Shown here: positions 11,801-23,440 of the stretch, piece by piece
Numbering within the stretch: position 1 is the stretch's first letter
Layout: every line of letters begins with the position of its first letter
Assembly (NCBI GenBank): GCA_964016885.1
Contig: OZ024759.1
Location: forward strand, 14,074,001-14,138,000
Length of the DNA: 64,000 bases
Direction: 5' to 3'
From: Eledone cirrhosa
Lineage: Eukaryota
Notes under the pieces: model-generated
The model's database searches: none
Told to the model about the DNA's origin: nothing
What the model saw: the letters and a program-made list of their open reading frames with translations, nothing else
Made by a program: the position numbers and the translations under genes

Positions 11801-13694
11801 TTGAACGTACCGACATTGGCTTCTCACAACATTTAAAGTGATGTTCTTTCAGTTTAACCACACTGATGACCCGTTGTTACACCATGAAATTACACATACA
11901 ACTGTACACACACACTCAACTCTACACACACACATACCACATATGAAAGAAGCATTTTCTTCGTCTATGAAGATGAAAGGAAAATATTATTTTATTATTA
12001 GTTGTTGCTTTTTTAATTAAGAGAGATAAAAAAAAAACATTTTTATATTTTTCTAATTACAAACTTTGCAATTATTTAAAAAAAAACAAAAAAAATTGCA
12101 ACCATTAAACCATTCCAGCTAAATAATCAATGATGTTAAATGGGATTTCTTAGAGTGCACACACACACACACACATATACACATATATATATATATATAT
12201 ATATACACAAATACAAACATGTACATGCACACACATATACATACTCTCATATATAAATATTCACTCATATACAGATGCACACACACAGACACATATATAT
12301 ATACACAAATGTATAATGACAATATTTTGACTTGACAGAATGTGAATTTGAACATAATTCTTCAGTTTTCAAAGTAAAAAAAAATTGTATTTTTCCTGCA
12401 AATACTTTTACCTTTTAAAGAACAAGACTGATGTAATGGTAGCTTTTGGCTGGGGCTACTCTTGTAGAATTGGTGGAAGGGGAAAAGGGGCATTTTGGCA
12501 GAAAAAATAATAAAGTTTGAAGAAAAGAAAAAAAAAGGCATTTTTTCTCCAATTTCTGAAATTTGTAAAATAAATAAATATAAGATTTGTAATATTGTTT
12601 ATACAGAGTTGTATAGAATGGATTTTGGATATATGTGCATGTGTGTGTGTGTGTGTGTGTGTATACGTACATCTGTTGACTATTATATATTATGTATGTG
12701 TATATGTACATCTCTTGGCTATTATATAAGTGTGTCTATGTATGTATGTATGCACGCGTGCGTGTGTATATACATGTACATCTCTTGGCTATTGTATGTA
12801 TGTGGGTAATATATATGTACATCTCTTGGCTTATATATGTGTATGTATGTGTGCATGCGTGTGTGTGTATATATATATATATATACACACACATATACAT
12901 CTCTTGGCTATTATATGTTTATGCATATGTGTACGTGTGCATGTATACACACATCTGTATATACACACACAACTATTATATATGCCCTTATTTGAAACCC
13001 TTCATGTGAAACGTGGAAGCTCCACACAAACACTTCAGCTAGGGTTGTTTGTAGAGCTGATCATATATATATATATATATATATAAAATACGGTGAAAGC
13101 TATTCTATTTTCTAATATATATATATATATATATGTGCATGTGTATATATATATACATATACAGCCATGAGATATTTAGGTTTTAATGTATGTTGGCTGG
13201 TTGGTGGCAATCTGTGTCACATGAATCAAGTTTGCTATTCACAATAACTGCCAATAAAATTAGAATTTGACTTTCTTTAAGTAAAAAAGAAATTATGTTG
13301 AATTGTTTTATTTTTATTGATTTTGTTTAATTTATTTGTTTTGAGTGTCCACTTGGTTTTCTTCTTCTTATCTCTCTCTTTTTAAAGTATTTGAATAGTG
13401 AATAGAAAAGATGTTTAGCTTTTGAAAACTAAGGTATAGGATTGTCTGAAACAACTGTACCTATAAACACCAACTTGAAAGGTATCAAATTTCAGACATA
13501 TCACTGACCTAGTGGTTAGGGCAGTGCTTCCCAAAGTTTGTTTACTCACAGCACATCTTTGAAAAAAGTTTATAATATGCTGGCACACTTTGTACCATAA
13601 ATTTGAAGAGTTTATCATACATATTAGCAAGGCCTGGACACTTTACAATGTAATGTAGATTCTTAAGAAATTTAAGACACAAAATTTAATAATA

Positions 13695-13978
13695 CTTCTT
13701 CTTTGGCCGAGTTTACACTCGCAGATTCAGCACGCTTTCTCCAATCGTCCCAGTCGAGCATGACATTTCTCAGTTCCTCGATGTTATCAATGTTGGCATC
13801 TCTCAGCGGGGTATCAATGAATGAGACGGCCTGTCTTCCCACGCTTCTTTGTCTGGCCGCCGGTTTCTAGAGTACAAGTTGTGATGCTGTCTCTTCTGGA
13901 TGACGTATGTAGTGCCCAGCCAGTTACATTTGTACGCAGGCAACTTTTTTTGAGACTGGTGGTAGTGATCTGTAGAGT
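13695..13978 (-). mobile_element. RTE-clade LINE 3' fragment (pseudogenised)
   Basis: Minus translation LYRSLPPVSKKV...*LAGHYIRHPEETASQLVL*KP...IDNIEELRNVMLDWDDWRKR, followed by a short repeat tail. Confidence 0.7.
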
Positions 13979-14046
13979 TCCTTATTTAATAATACACCTA
14001 GCATAATTAGCCAAAATAAACTGATCACACAAACCACCTCTCATTC

Positions 14047-15566
14047 TTAACCCTTTGGCATTTAAACCGGCTGTATCTGACCAGAATTATGTCACCTCTT
14101 TCTGTTAAAACCGGCTGTAACCACCACTAATACTAATGTTAAAGTATTGTTCTCAAAATAAATATCAAAATCTCATAGATTCGATATTATGCAAGATAGT
14201 TATGAGAAATAAAGCCTTTACTGGGATATACAATAGTATATATAGAGTAATGTAAATGTTATGTGAGATATTATGTGAGGTAAAGTGTTTACTGTGAAAA
14301 TACAATAGTATATGTAGAGTAATGTAAATGTTATGTGAGGTAAAGTGTTTACTGTGAAAATACAATAGTATATATAGAGTAATGTAAATGTTATGTGAGA
14401 TAAAGTGTTTACTGTGAAAATACAATAGTATATATAGAGTAATGTAAATGTTATGTGAGATATTATGTGAGGTAAAGCCTTTACTGTGAAAATACAATAG
14501 TATATATAGAGTAATGTAAATGTTATGTGAGATGTTATGTCAGGTAAAGCCTTTACTGTGAAAATACAATAGTATATATAGAGTAATGTAAATGTTATGT
14601 GAGATATTATGTGAGGTAAAGCCTTTACTGTGAAAATACAATAGTATATATAGAGTAATGTAAATGTTAAGTGAGATATTATGTGAGGTAAAGCCTTTAC
14701 TGTGAAAATACAATAGTATATATAGAGTAATGTAAATATTATGTGAGGTAAAGTGTTTACTGTGAAAATACAATAGTATATATAGAGTAATGTAAATGTT
14801 ATGTGAGATATTATGTGAGGTAAAGCCTTTACTGTGAAAATACAATAGTATATATAGAGTAATGTAAATGTTATGTGAGATGTTATGTGAGGTAAAGCCT
14901 TTACTGTGAAAATACAATAGTATATATAGAGTAATGTAAATGTTATGTGAGATATTATGTGAGGTAAAGTGTTTACTGTGAAAATACAATAGTATATATA
15001 GAGTAATGTAAATGTTATGTCAGGTAAAGCCTTTACTGTGAAAATACAATAGTATATATAGAGTAATGTAAAAGTTATGTGAGGTATTATGTGAGGTAAA
15101 GCCTTTACTGTGAAAATACAATAGTATATATAGAGTAATGTAAATGTTATGTGAGATATTATGTCAGGTAAAGCCTTTACTGTGAAAATACAATAGTATA
15201 TATAGAGTAATGTATATGTTATGTGAGATATTATGTGAGGTAAAGTGTTTACTGTGAAAATACAATAGTATATATAGAGTAATGTAAATGTTATGTGAGA
15301 TGTTATGTCAGGTAAAGCCTTTACTGTGAAAATACAATAGTATATATAGTGTAATGTAAATGTTATGTGAGGTAAAGCCTTTACTGTGAAAATACAATAG
15401 TATATATAGAGTAATGTAAATGTTATGTGAGATATTATGTGAGGTAAAGCCTTTACTGTGAAAATACAATAGTATATATAGAGTAATGTAAATGTTATGT
15501 GAGGTAAAGCCTTTACTGTGACAATACAATAGTATATATACAGTAATGTAAATGCTAAAGGGTTAA
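14047..15566. mobile_element. piggyBac-type MITE expanded internally into a 60/72-bp minisatellite
   Basis: Both TTAA-CCCTTT termini are intact. The interior 14215-15550 is a tandem of TAAAGCCTTTACTGTGAAAATACAATAGTATATATAGAGTAATGTAAATGTTATGTGAG, which is single-copy in the other MITEs. Confidence 0.9.
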
Positions 15567-16029
15567 CACAGTTGACAGATTGATATTTCTTGAATCTTGT
15601 AACTAACCTTTACTTGTTTGACTCTTTGACAGCTATATAGGAACTTTCATATGTATTTCAGTTTGTAGTGTTCACATCTTAAAAACTTAATCTTAGTCTT
15701 TTGTGCTGCATCCAGCTCCATCTCGCTGAGCATGGTTTTGGAACCACTGGATTAGGGTGTAGACTTAAGATCATATGATTGGGAAGACACTTTATTTCAC
15801 ATTGCTTTTTATCATAGGACTAGGTCCCCTATCATTAAAACACCTAAGAACGCTCGTGTGAGATGCAAGCTAATAGGAGGCCAGCAAAATCTACATTAGT
15901 GTGAGCTGTATTAACGATGGGACAAAGGGCCCCTATCATTAAAACACCCAAGAACGCTTTAAGAGTTACATCATAGGAAGTCATCTAAATCTACATAGTT
16001 GTGAGCTGAAACAACACACACACATATAT

Positions 16030-16283
16030 ATAGGGCATCCAGCTGTAGAAAACCCGCCAGACAGTCCACGCTGTAATGTGGCCGTGTAGGCAACACGGTA
16101 AAAACCTCCCAGCCCCACACTGTAAATGTGGTTGGTGTTAGGAAGGGCATCCAACTGTAGAAAACCCGCCAGACAGTCCTATGCGAGCAAGACAACAACT
16201 CTTGCCTCAAGTGGGGAAAACTCCCGTCCAAACCCATGCAAGCGTGGAACATGGACGTTAAACGATGATGATGATGATGATGA
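16030..16283 (+). mobile_element. SINE 3' part with (GAT)n tail
   Basis: GGTTGGTGTTAGGAAGGGCATCCAACTGTAGAAA...AACCCATGCAAGCGTGGAACATGGACGTTAAACGATGATGAT; same family at ~1620, 9055(-), 35575, 35870(-), 37990(-). Confidence 0.75.
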
Positions 16284-16561
16284 TACAGTGGAACCTTGGT
16301 TCATGAACACCTCACACACACAATCTGTTTGCTTTTTACGGCAACATGAAGTACGCGAATTCGCTTTAACACCTGAAAGAATATTAAATATTCACTTTGC
16401 GTGAATAATGTGCTATAACACGTGTAGTTTTTAATTTTTTTTAATCAGAAAGATAGACTAGAACTACGCGAACTTGCTTATGTGCCACATTTCCAAATGC
16501 ATCTTTGCATAAAAGCATACACAGTGTGTGTGTGTGTATGTGTGTGTGTGTGTGTATATAT

Positions 16562-16877
16562 ATAGTGGAACCTCAGTTTACAAACACTTTTTCCGAACAT
16601 AAAATGTCTTCATTAACAGTGTCTCGAGAAATGAACACGCAAGCCGACAACAAAAGTTGGCAACAAGCTGGGAGTCCATTATCACCATTTAACATCCATG
16701 TTTCCACGCTGGCATGGGTTATCGGGGGGAAAGTGTCACTTGTTGTAGTTAGTTACTATGGTGATATCTGTCTCTTTCACACACAGTCACTCTTTCTCCC
16801 ACTATTTCTCTCTCAACATTTCGGGTGACAAATGGCTTTCAGGAACGAATTAAGTTTGTGAACCGAGGTTACACAGT
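16562..16877. mobile_element. Tigger/pogo-like MITE
   Basis: Ends AGTGGAACCTCAGTTTACAAAC / GTTTGTGAACCGAGGTTACAC; a second left end TACAGTGGAACCTTGGTT lies at 16284. Confidence 0.6.
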
Positions 16878-16903
16878 GTGTGTATATATATATATATATA
16901 TAT

Positions 16904-17430
16904 TCTAACCAGGAAGGGTATGGCATGGTCAGCGTGCAATGACATGCACGCCATATGGACATCTCAACTTACCAACAAGCTAAAACTGGAAATATTCCAA
17001 GCAACCATTAAGCCCATATTACTTTATGGATCCGAAACCCGGACACTAACGTCACAACTTGAGAGGAGATTGGCTGGTACATATACCCGCCTCTTAATGA
17101 GAGTGCAAAACCTATCCTGTAAACGACATCCCACCTTGTCTAAAATCTATGGCAAACTCCCTCGAGCCTCTGCCCTTCTAAAATCCCGGAGAGCTCAATT
17201 TGCTGGCCACTGTCACCGTGCCAGCAATGAAATCATATCCGCTCTCTTGCTCTGGAACCCTGACTCCAGCCTGACTAGGAGTAGGAAGCTGTCATTCCCT
17301 GACGTTATCTCTAGGGATACGGGAATCAGTAGACGGGACCTGGGGGCAGCGATGGGGGACAGGGAATTCTGGGGCATGAGAGTGAGATCCATCATCTCGA
17401 CAGTAGTCGACGAATGATGATGATGATGAT
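16904..17430 (+). mobile_element. 5'-truncated RTE-clade LINE with an open C-terminal ORF fragment
   Basis: RKGMAWSACNDMHAIW...IFQATIKPILLYGSE...YTRLLMRVQN...RAQFAGHC...DREFW; the stop runs directly into a (TGA)n tail; inserted in (TA)n. Confidence 0.85.
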
Positions 17431-17768
17431 ATATATATATATATTTAAAATTTAGCTTCAACATAGCTGTATATGTATAAGTTTCTGAATTTCGTATATC
17501 TAAAGATGTAGGTTTGTTTAATAAAAAAACATTTGGAAAGCCCAGCTATGAATATTGAAAGGCTGACAGACAGCGGGGTCTAGCAGATTCCAGCAGAAGC
17601 AGCGAGAGATAGCTGCATATATGTATTTCAAACTCTTATTGGGACAGTGACTCCCTCCCTGCTGCTTTCTGCTGGAAGTTGAGAACAGGCCAGAATATAT
17701 AGTGTTTTCATGTGTAGGTGGGCTCATTAGCCTCATTTGCATATGAAGCTGTAATAAGTTGGCTCAAC

Positions 17769-17995
17769 TTAACCCTTTAACATTTAAACCAGCCGTATCT
17801 GGCCAGAATCCTCTCACCTCTTACTGTTCAAACCGGTTGTAACTAGCTGCTTATACAGATGTTAAGGTATTGCTCTCAACATAAATAACATGAAAATCTC
17901 GATTCGATATTATGTGAGATAAATTATGTAAGATAAAACCTTTACCGTAAAAATATAATAGTATATATAGAGCAATGTAAATGCTAAAGGGTTAA
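17769..17995. mobile_element. piggyBac-type MITE
   Basis: TTAACCCTTTAACATTTA ... TAAATGCTAAAGGGTTAA. Confidence 0.85.
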
Positions 17996-18041
17996 AAATA
18001 GAATTAAAATCATTTCAACGCACACACACATATATATATAT

Positions 18042-18132
18042 AGGAAAAGAGTCAGCACCCCGACGGCTGAGCTCCGGCTGTTAGCTGTCGAAATGGCTGG
18101 AGCTCCGCCAACGGGGTCCTGACTATTTTCCT
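18042..18132. other. GC-rich ~90-nt hairpin
   Basis: AGGAAAA-G-AGTCAG-C-ACCCCG-AC-GGC-T-GAGCTCC-GGCT pairs with GGCT-GGAGCTC-C-GCC-AA-CGGGGT-C-CTGACT-A-TTTTCCT; only symmetric mismatches. Confidence 0.8.
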
Positions 18133-18784
18133 GTTACCACTCTACTACCCTCAGTATTGAGTACTCTGGTGCGTTATGGTCCACCTGGTTTCTTACCACA
18201 CTTTTTTTATTATATATATATAAAATAAACGTGTGAGAGAGATGTAACAACAACATTTATTTCGAACCTGCCAATTAAAAGGAGGACGTGGGGTTATGTT
18301 AGGGAACAGTTTATTCTCTGCTTTGCTCTCTTTATCTCTTTGCTTCACTGCTATTGTTTAAAATGTTTGGGTATTGTTTTTGATGAAATGAGGTATGGTG
18401 CAAAGTAGTAGCCTTTGCTGTAAGTTGAACTGTTGTCCTCTCGTGCAAGGGAATGAGTATTTGTTACAAGATTATTTATGTTCTATCAATGCTCCAAATA
18501 AATGTTCTTTCATTATCCATTTCCACTTTCTCTGCTGGATGGCTTTGCACAGTCCAAGATTATATTCAGGGAACCAAGTCTTGCTCGCACATTCCGTGTT
18601 CCAGTATGGTTTCTACAGCTGGATGGCCTTCCTAATTAATGCCAACCATTTTACATTGTTTACTGGGTGCATTTTATCATAGCACCAGCAGTACCATTTT
18701 ACAGAATTTACTAGATTGTATTTTATTTTGGCACCAACACTACTGATTTAGGGTGTACCAAATGTATTCTATCATGGAACCAGC

Positions 18785-19260
18785 ACTACCACTTCATAGA
18801 ATGTACTGGGTGTATTTTATTGTGGAACCATTACTACCACTTTATAAAGTGTACTGGGTGTATTTTATTGTGGAACCATCACTACCACTTTATAGGGTGT
18901 ACTTTATTGTGGACCATCCCATCACTAACACTTTATAAAGTGTACTGGGTGTATTTTATTGTGGAACCATTACTACCACTTTATAAAGTGTACTGGGTGT
19001 ATTTTATTGTGGAACCATCACTACCACTTTATAGGGTGTATTTTATTGTGGACCATCCCATCACTAACACTTTATAAAGTGTACTGGGTGTATTTTATTG
19101 TGGAACCATTACTACCACTTTATAAAGTGTACTGGGTGTATTTTATTGTGGAACCATCACTACCACTTTATAGGGTGTATTTTATTGTGGACCATCCCAT
19201 CACTAACACTTTATAAAGTGTACTGGGTGTATTTTATTGTGGAACCAGCACTACCACTTT
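18785..19260. repeat. Minisatellite, ~46-bp subunits in a 139-bp higher-order unit, SINE-derived
   Basis: GTGTACTGGGTGTATTTTATTGTGGAACCATTACTACCACTTTATAAA; the ORFs at 18820 and 18959 are near-identical; the array continues a minus-strand SINE at ~18510-18780. Confidence 0.9.
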
Positions 19261-20012
19261 AGCAATATTTACATAAGTTAATAGAAATAAGATTTTAGAT
19301 ACCAAATAAGTGTGATTATAGTAATAAAGTACATCTATCTGACCATTGATGGGTGTGTTTGTGAAGTACATATCACTTAGGTAGAGGCAAGGAGGACGTG
19401 GGGTTATGTTAGGGAACAGTTTATTCTCTGCTTTGCTCTCTTTATCTCTTCGCTTCACTGCTATCTTATTAGCTTTTAGGCAACTTCAATTCTCCACCAC
19501 CACCCCCAAGGTCTCGACTGACTTTATAAGCCACCATGGCTCTGGTAAAGATAACTAGATATATAATATACACACACATACATACATCACCCTCTCCCTT
19601 ACTTTGAGATTTTAAAAATTATACCAACGCTGGCTTTTTGCTCTAACATACTCCCACCTTATACCACAGCCACACACTCCACTTGTTGCTGATGCCCCCT
19701 CCCCCCTCCTCATCTATGGTAACAACTGTATTTTAAAAAAAAATTTATATTTACATATATATATTTTTGTCCAAATGTTGTTTACCTTCTCTATAAATAA
19801 CGATGCCTAGTATGTTTAAAAGTTAATGACTAATTAGGATGTTGATTAGTTAAAATAGAAATGTGTTAATATAATCGTTATGTGACTATATGTGCAGACA
19901 TTTTCTTTTTTTAATCTTTTATGTAATTAACTCATAACATCCTGTGGCATTTGAAATGACAGTAAGGAGACATTCTTGAGAAGTATAAAACAGAATTTAT
20001 GACTGCAACACA

Positions 20013-20431
20013 TTAACCCTTTAGCATTTACATTACTCTATATTTACTATTGTATTTTAACAGTAAAAGCTTTATCTCACATAATATTGAATCTATGTTT
20101 ACAAAGATTTGTCCATGAGCAAAGTTACTAAAACATTTGAATTAACTATAGTACTTTAACCAAAAATATCTAAAAACGGGTGTTAATTAAAAAATCTAAA
20201 AACGGGTGCTAATTCAAAAATTTGCAGTATTAACAACTCTTTAGCATTTACATTACTCTATATTTACTATTGCATTTTCACGGGGAAACACTTTATTTCA
20301 CATAATTATCTCACATAATATCGAGATTTAGATATTATTCATTTTGAGAACAATACCTTAACATAAGTGTGAGCAGCCGGTTATGGCCAGTTTGAACAGA
20401 AAGAAGTGAGGTTTAAATGTTAACAGGTTAA
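20013..20431. mobile_element. Two partial piggyBac-type MITE copies
   Basis: TTAACCCTTTAGCATTTACATTACTC at 20013 and CTTTAGCATTTACATTACTC at ~20239; degenerate right end at ~20431. Confidence 0.7.
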
Positions 20432-20524
20432 AGTATTTAATATGATGCAGTCATTAGTGGTGTTTTTGTACTTTCCAAGCATATCTTCCTGTGATTTAAA
20501 TCATGTTTATCGTATCTTTGCTAA

Positions 20525-20955
20525 TGTGAGTACATTGCATTAAAAATTTAAGTTTTTAATATTGCAAATTTTCACTACAATCTGTTCACTAGCAGAGATA
20601 CTATAAACATTTGAATTAATCATATGAAATCTCATTACAATACTGCACTATGACTGTATCACAGTAAATATTAAAGTTTTTCCTTTAATACTGCAAGCTT
20701 TTACAATGCTTTGTTAATCATTGTAAAAGTTTGCAGTATTAGAGTAAAAACTTCAATATTTACTGTAGTTTTCTAATTTTTAATAATGTCTTACTAATGT
20801 GATTTCATGTGGTTAATTCAAATGCTTATAGTATCTCTGCTAGTGAACAGATTGTAGCGAAAATTTGCAGAATTAAATAAAGGCTTTAATTTTTAATGTG
20901 GTGTTTTGCAGAATTAAATAAAGGCTTTAATTTTTAATGTGGTGTCTTGCTCATG
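20525..20955. repeat. ~430-bp foldback
   Basis: TACAATCTGTTCACTAGCAGAGATACTATAA vs TTATAGTATCTCTGCTAGTGAACAGATTGTA; the inner arms meet at TTTTACAATG-CTTTGTTAAT-CATTGTAAAA. Confidence 0.85.
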
Positions 20956-22719
20956 TGGTACAGGTTGTCGAAAGTATTTTTTTTTAAAAAGATATTTTCT
21001 GTTAAATCATGACAGGATGTTAAGAGTTAAAAACATACATTCTTCAGTCTATTATACTGATATATCTGAGCATCTCAGTTTAAAAATTGCTATCTTTAAA
21101 CCATCTTTGCCATATTCCTAATGAAATACTCTATTTTGTATGAACTAATGAAGATTTTTGTGGAGTTTAGGGGTTTACTAAGACTATTATTTTGGAAGGT
21201 TTCAATTTAACTCGGACCCCTTTAAAACTGGCGGGGTTTTTTTCCACAGAACCAGAGCTGGTTTTTGTTTGGTTGGTATCAAAAGGGATATAAAAAAGAA
21301 AAAAAAAAAAACTCATTGATGTTGTTGTGATTTTGCTCTGTTGCGTGTATAGTATATTTTCTGTTGTAGCCAAATCAATGTTAAATATTTGTGCTTTTTA
21401 TTATTTTTTTTTTTTTAGTTTTAATGCTTTTTTTTTTCTTCTTCCAAAACTACTTTAGATTTCAGGTTGAAAAAAAAATATTGAGTTTGCTAGACAAGAA
21501 GAAGACCGAAAACTTACTTTGTAAGCATTATTTTCACATCGCAATCTGTTATGAGGTTTTTTTTTTGTTTTTTACTTTTAATCTCTCCACCTCCTCCACC
21601 ACCGCCTCCTCCTCCTCTTATTATTTAGTTTGATAATAATAATATAATAATGGTAATAATTGCATTATCTGCTTTCTTAAATTGAAATATATTTATCAGA
21701 ATAAATTTACTTAGGAGACTTAAAAGAAAGAACATCTCTTCTTCCTCTTGCTCCTCCTCTTCCTTGTTAGAAGCTTTAGGGTGCCGTGTTGATATACCCA
21801 CCACTTCCATGGGGCTGTCTCAACACAACCACCCGCTTCTTAATGCCTTTAATATTGCATAGGATTTAGCCAGTTTTTATCAGATTATGCAAGCATGCTT
21901 GTTAGAAAGGAAAATATGAGTAGTACATCCTGTAAAGAAGTAGTGTTGGTGCCACAAGAAAAATTTAAAAAATGCCATAAAGTGGTAGAGCTGATGTCAT
22001 AAAACATGCACCCAGTACACTCTGTTAAGTAATAGTGCTGGTACCACAAAAAATACACTCAGTACATCTTGTTAAGTAGTAGTGCTGCGGCCATGAAAAG
22101 ATGCACTCTGTACACTTTGTAAAGTAGTAGTGTTGGGGCCTTGAAAAAAAGACTCACCCAGTATGCCCTGTAAAGTGGTAGTGCTTGTGCCATGGAAAAC
22201 ATAACCGGTACACCTTATAAGGTCGTCTATGCCAGATATGGAACATGAGCTAAACGTGACAACCCATCCAACCAGTACCAGTGTAAAAATAACAACGATG
22301 ATGATAGATGAGGAAAGATGTGATGGCTAATTTGTAAATCAATAGTTGAATGTGTGCTGCTATGATAATCTTCACTCTTTAGTCTTCATTAATTCAAAAA
22401 ACTACCTATCTCATTCACCATTCTACATTCTCCAATCAAGAACCAAAGGAATAGGGTATCTATAACTAAAATGTTTTCTTTCGAAACAGGCTTTGAATTG
22501 GCGGAGTTGTTGGGGCATTAGTGTTTGTTCTGGCTCACTGAACTCTGAGTTCAGATTTTGCCTTTCATTCTATCGAGGTCAATAAATGAATAAAGTACAA
22601 GTCCAGAAGGGGCAGTGGATTGATGGAATTGTTAAAGTCAGACAGGATGATTTGCAGTATCTGTTCCAGCTTGGGGTTTTGAGTTCAGATCTTGTCTCTT
22701 TTCTATTGCCAGGGATTGT

Positions 22720-23440
22720 GACTGGTAGACAGTATCATTACTGGAAAGACCAATGGAAACATTGTTTCCTTGGTCTGATCTTATGGTCAGCTCCTTTCTT
22801 CTGCCAGGGGTTGTGACTGGCAGATAGTATCAACAATGGAAAAACCAATGGAAGCATTGTTTTCCTTGGTCTGATCTTATGGTCAGCTCCTTTCTTCTGC
22901 CAGGGATTGTGACTGGCAGATAGTATCAACAATGGAAAAACCAATGGAAGCATTGTTTCCTTGGTCTGATCTTATGGTCAGCTCCTTTCTTCTGCCAGGG
23001 GTTGTGACTGGCAGATAGTATCAACAATGGAAGCATTGTTTCCTTGGTCTGATCTTATGGTCAGCTCCTTTCTTCTGCCAGGGGTTGTGACTGGCAGATA
23101 GTATCAACAATGGAAAAACCAATGGAAGCATTGTTTCCTTGGTCTGATCTTATGGTCAGCTCCTTTCTTCTGCCAGGGGTTGTGACTGGCAGATAGTATC
23201 AACAATGGAAAAACCAATGGAAGTATTGTTTTCCTTGGTCTGGTCTTATGGTCAGCTCCTTTCTTCTGCCAGGGGTTGTGACTGGCAGATAGTATCAACA
23301 ATGGAAAAACCAATGGAAGCATTGTTTCCTTGGTCTGATCTTATGGTCAGCTCCTTTCTTCTGCCAGGGGTTGTGACTGGCAGATAGTATCAGCAATGGA
23401 AAGACCAATGTTTCTTTGGTTCAATCTGATGGTCAACTCC
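22720..23440. repeat. ~95-bp tandem array (~7 units)
   Basis: TGGTCTG(A/G)TC recurs at 22771, 22867, 22962, 23045, 23140, 23236 and 23331; a single-copy relative lies at ~5097-5182. Confidence 0.95.

Noticed and set aside
12660-12915. Constant TACATCTCTTGGCT repeats with variable spacers (CRISPR-like look)
   Set aside because: The spacers are TA/TG microsatellite, there are no cas genes, and the context is eukaryotic.
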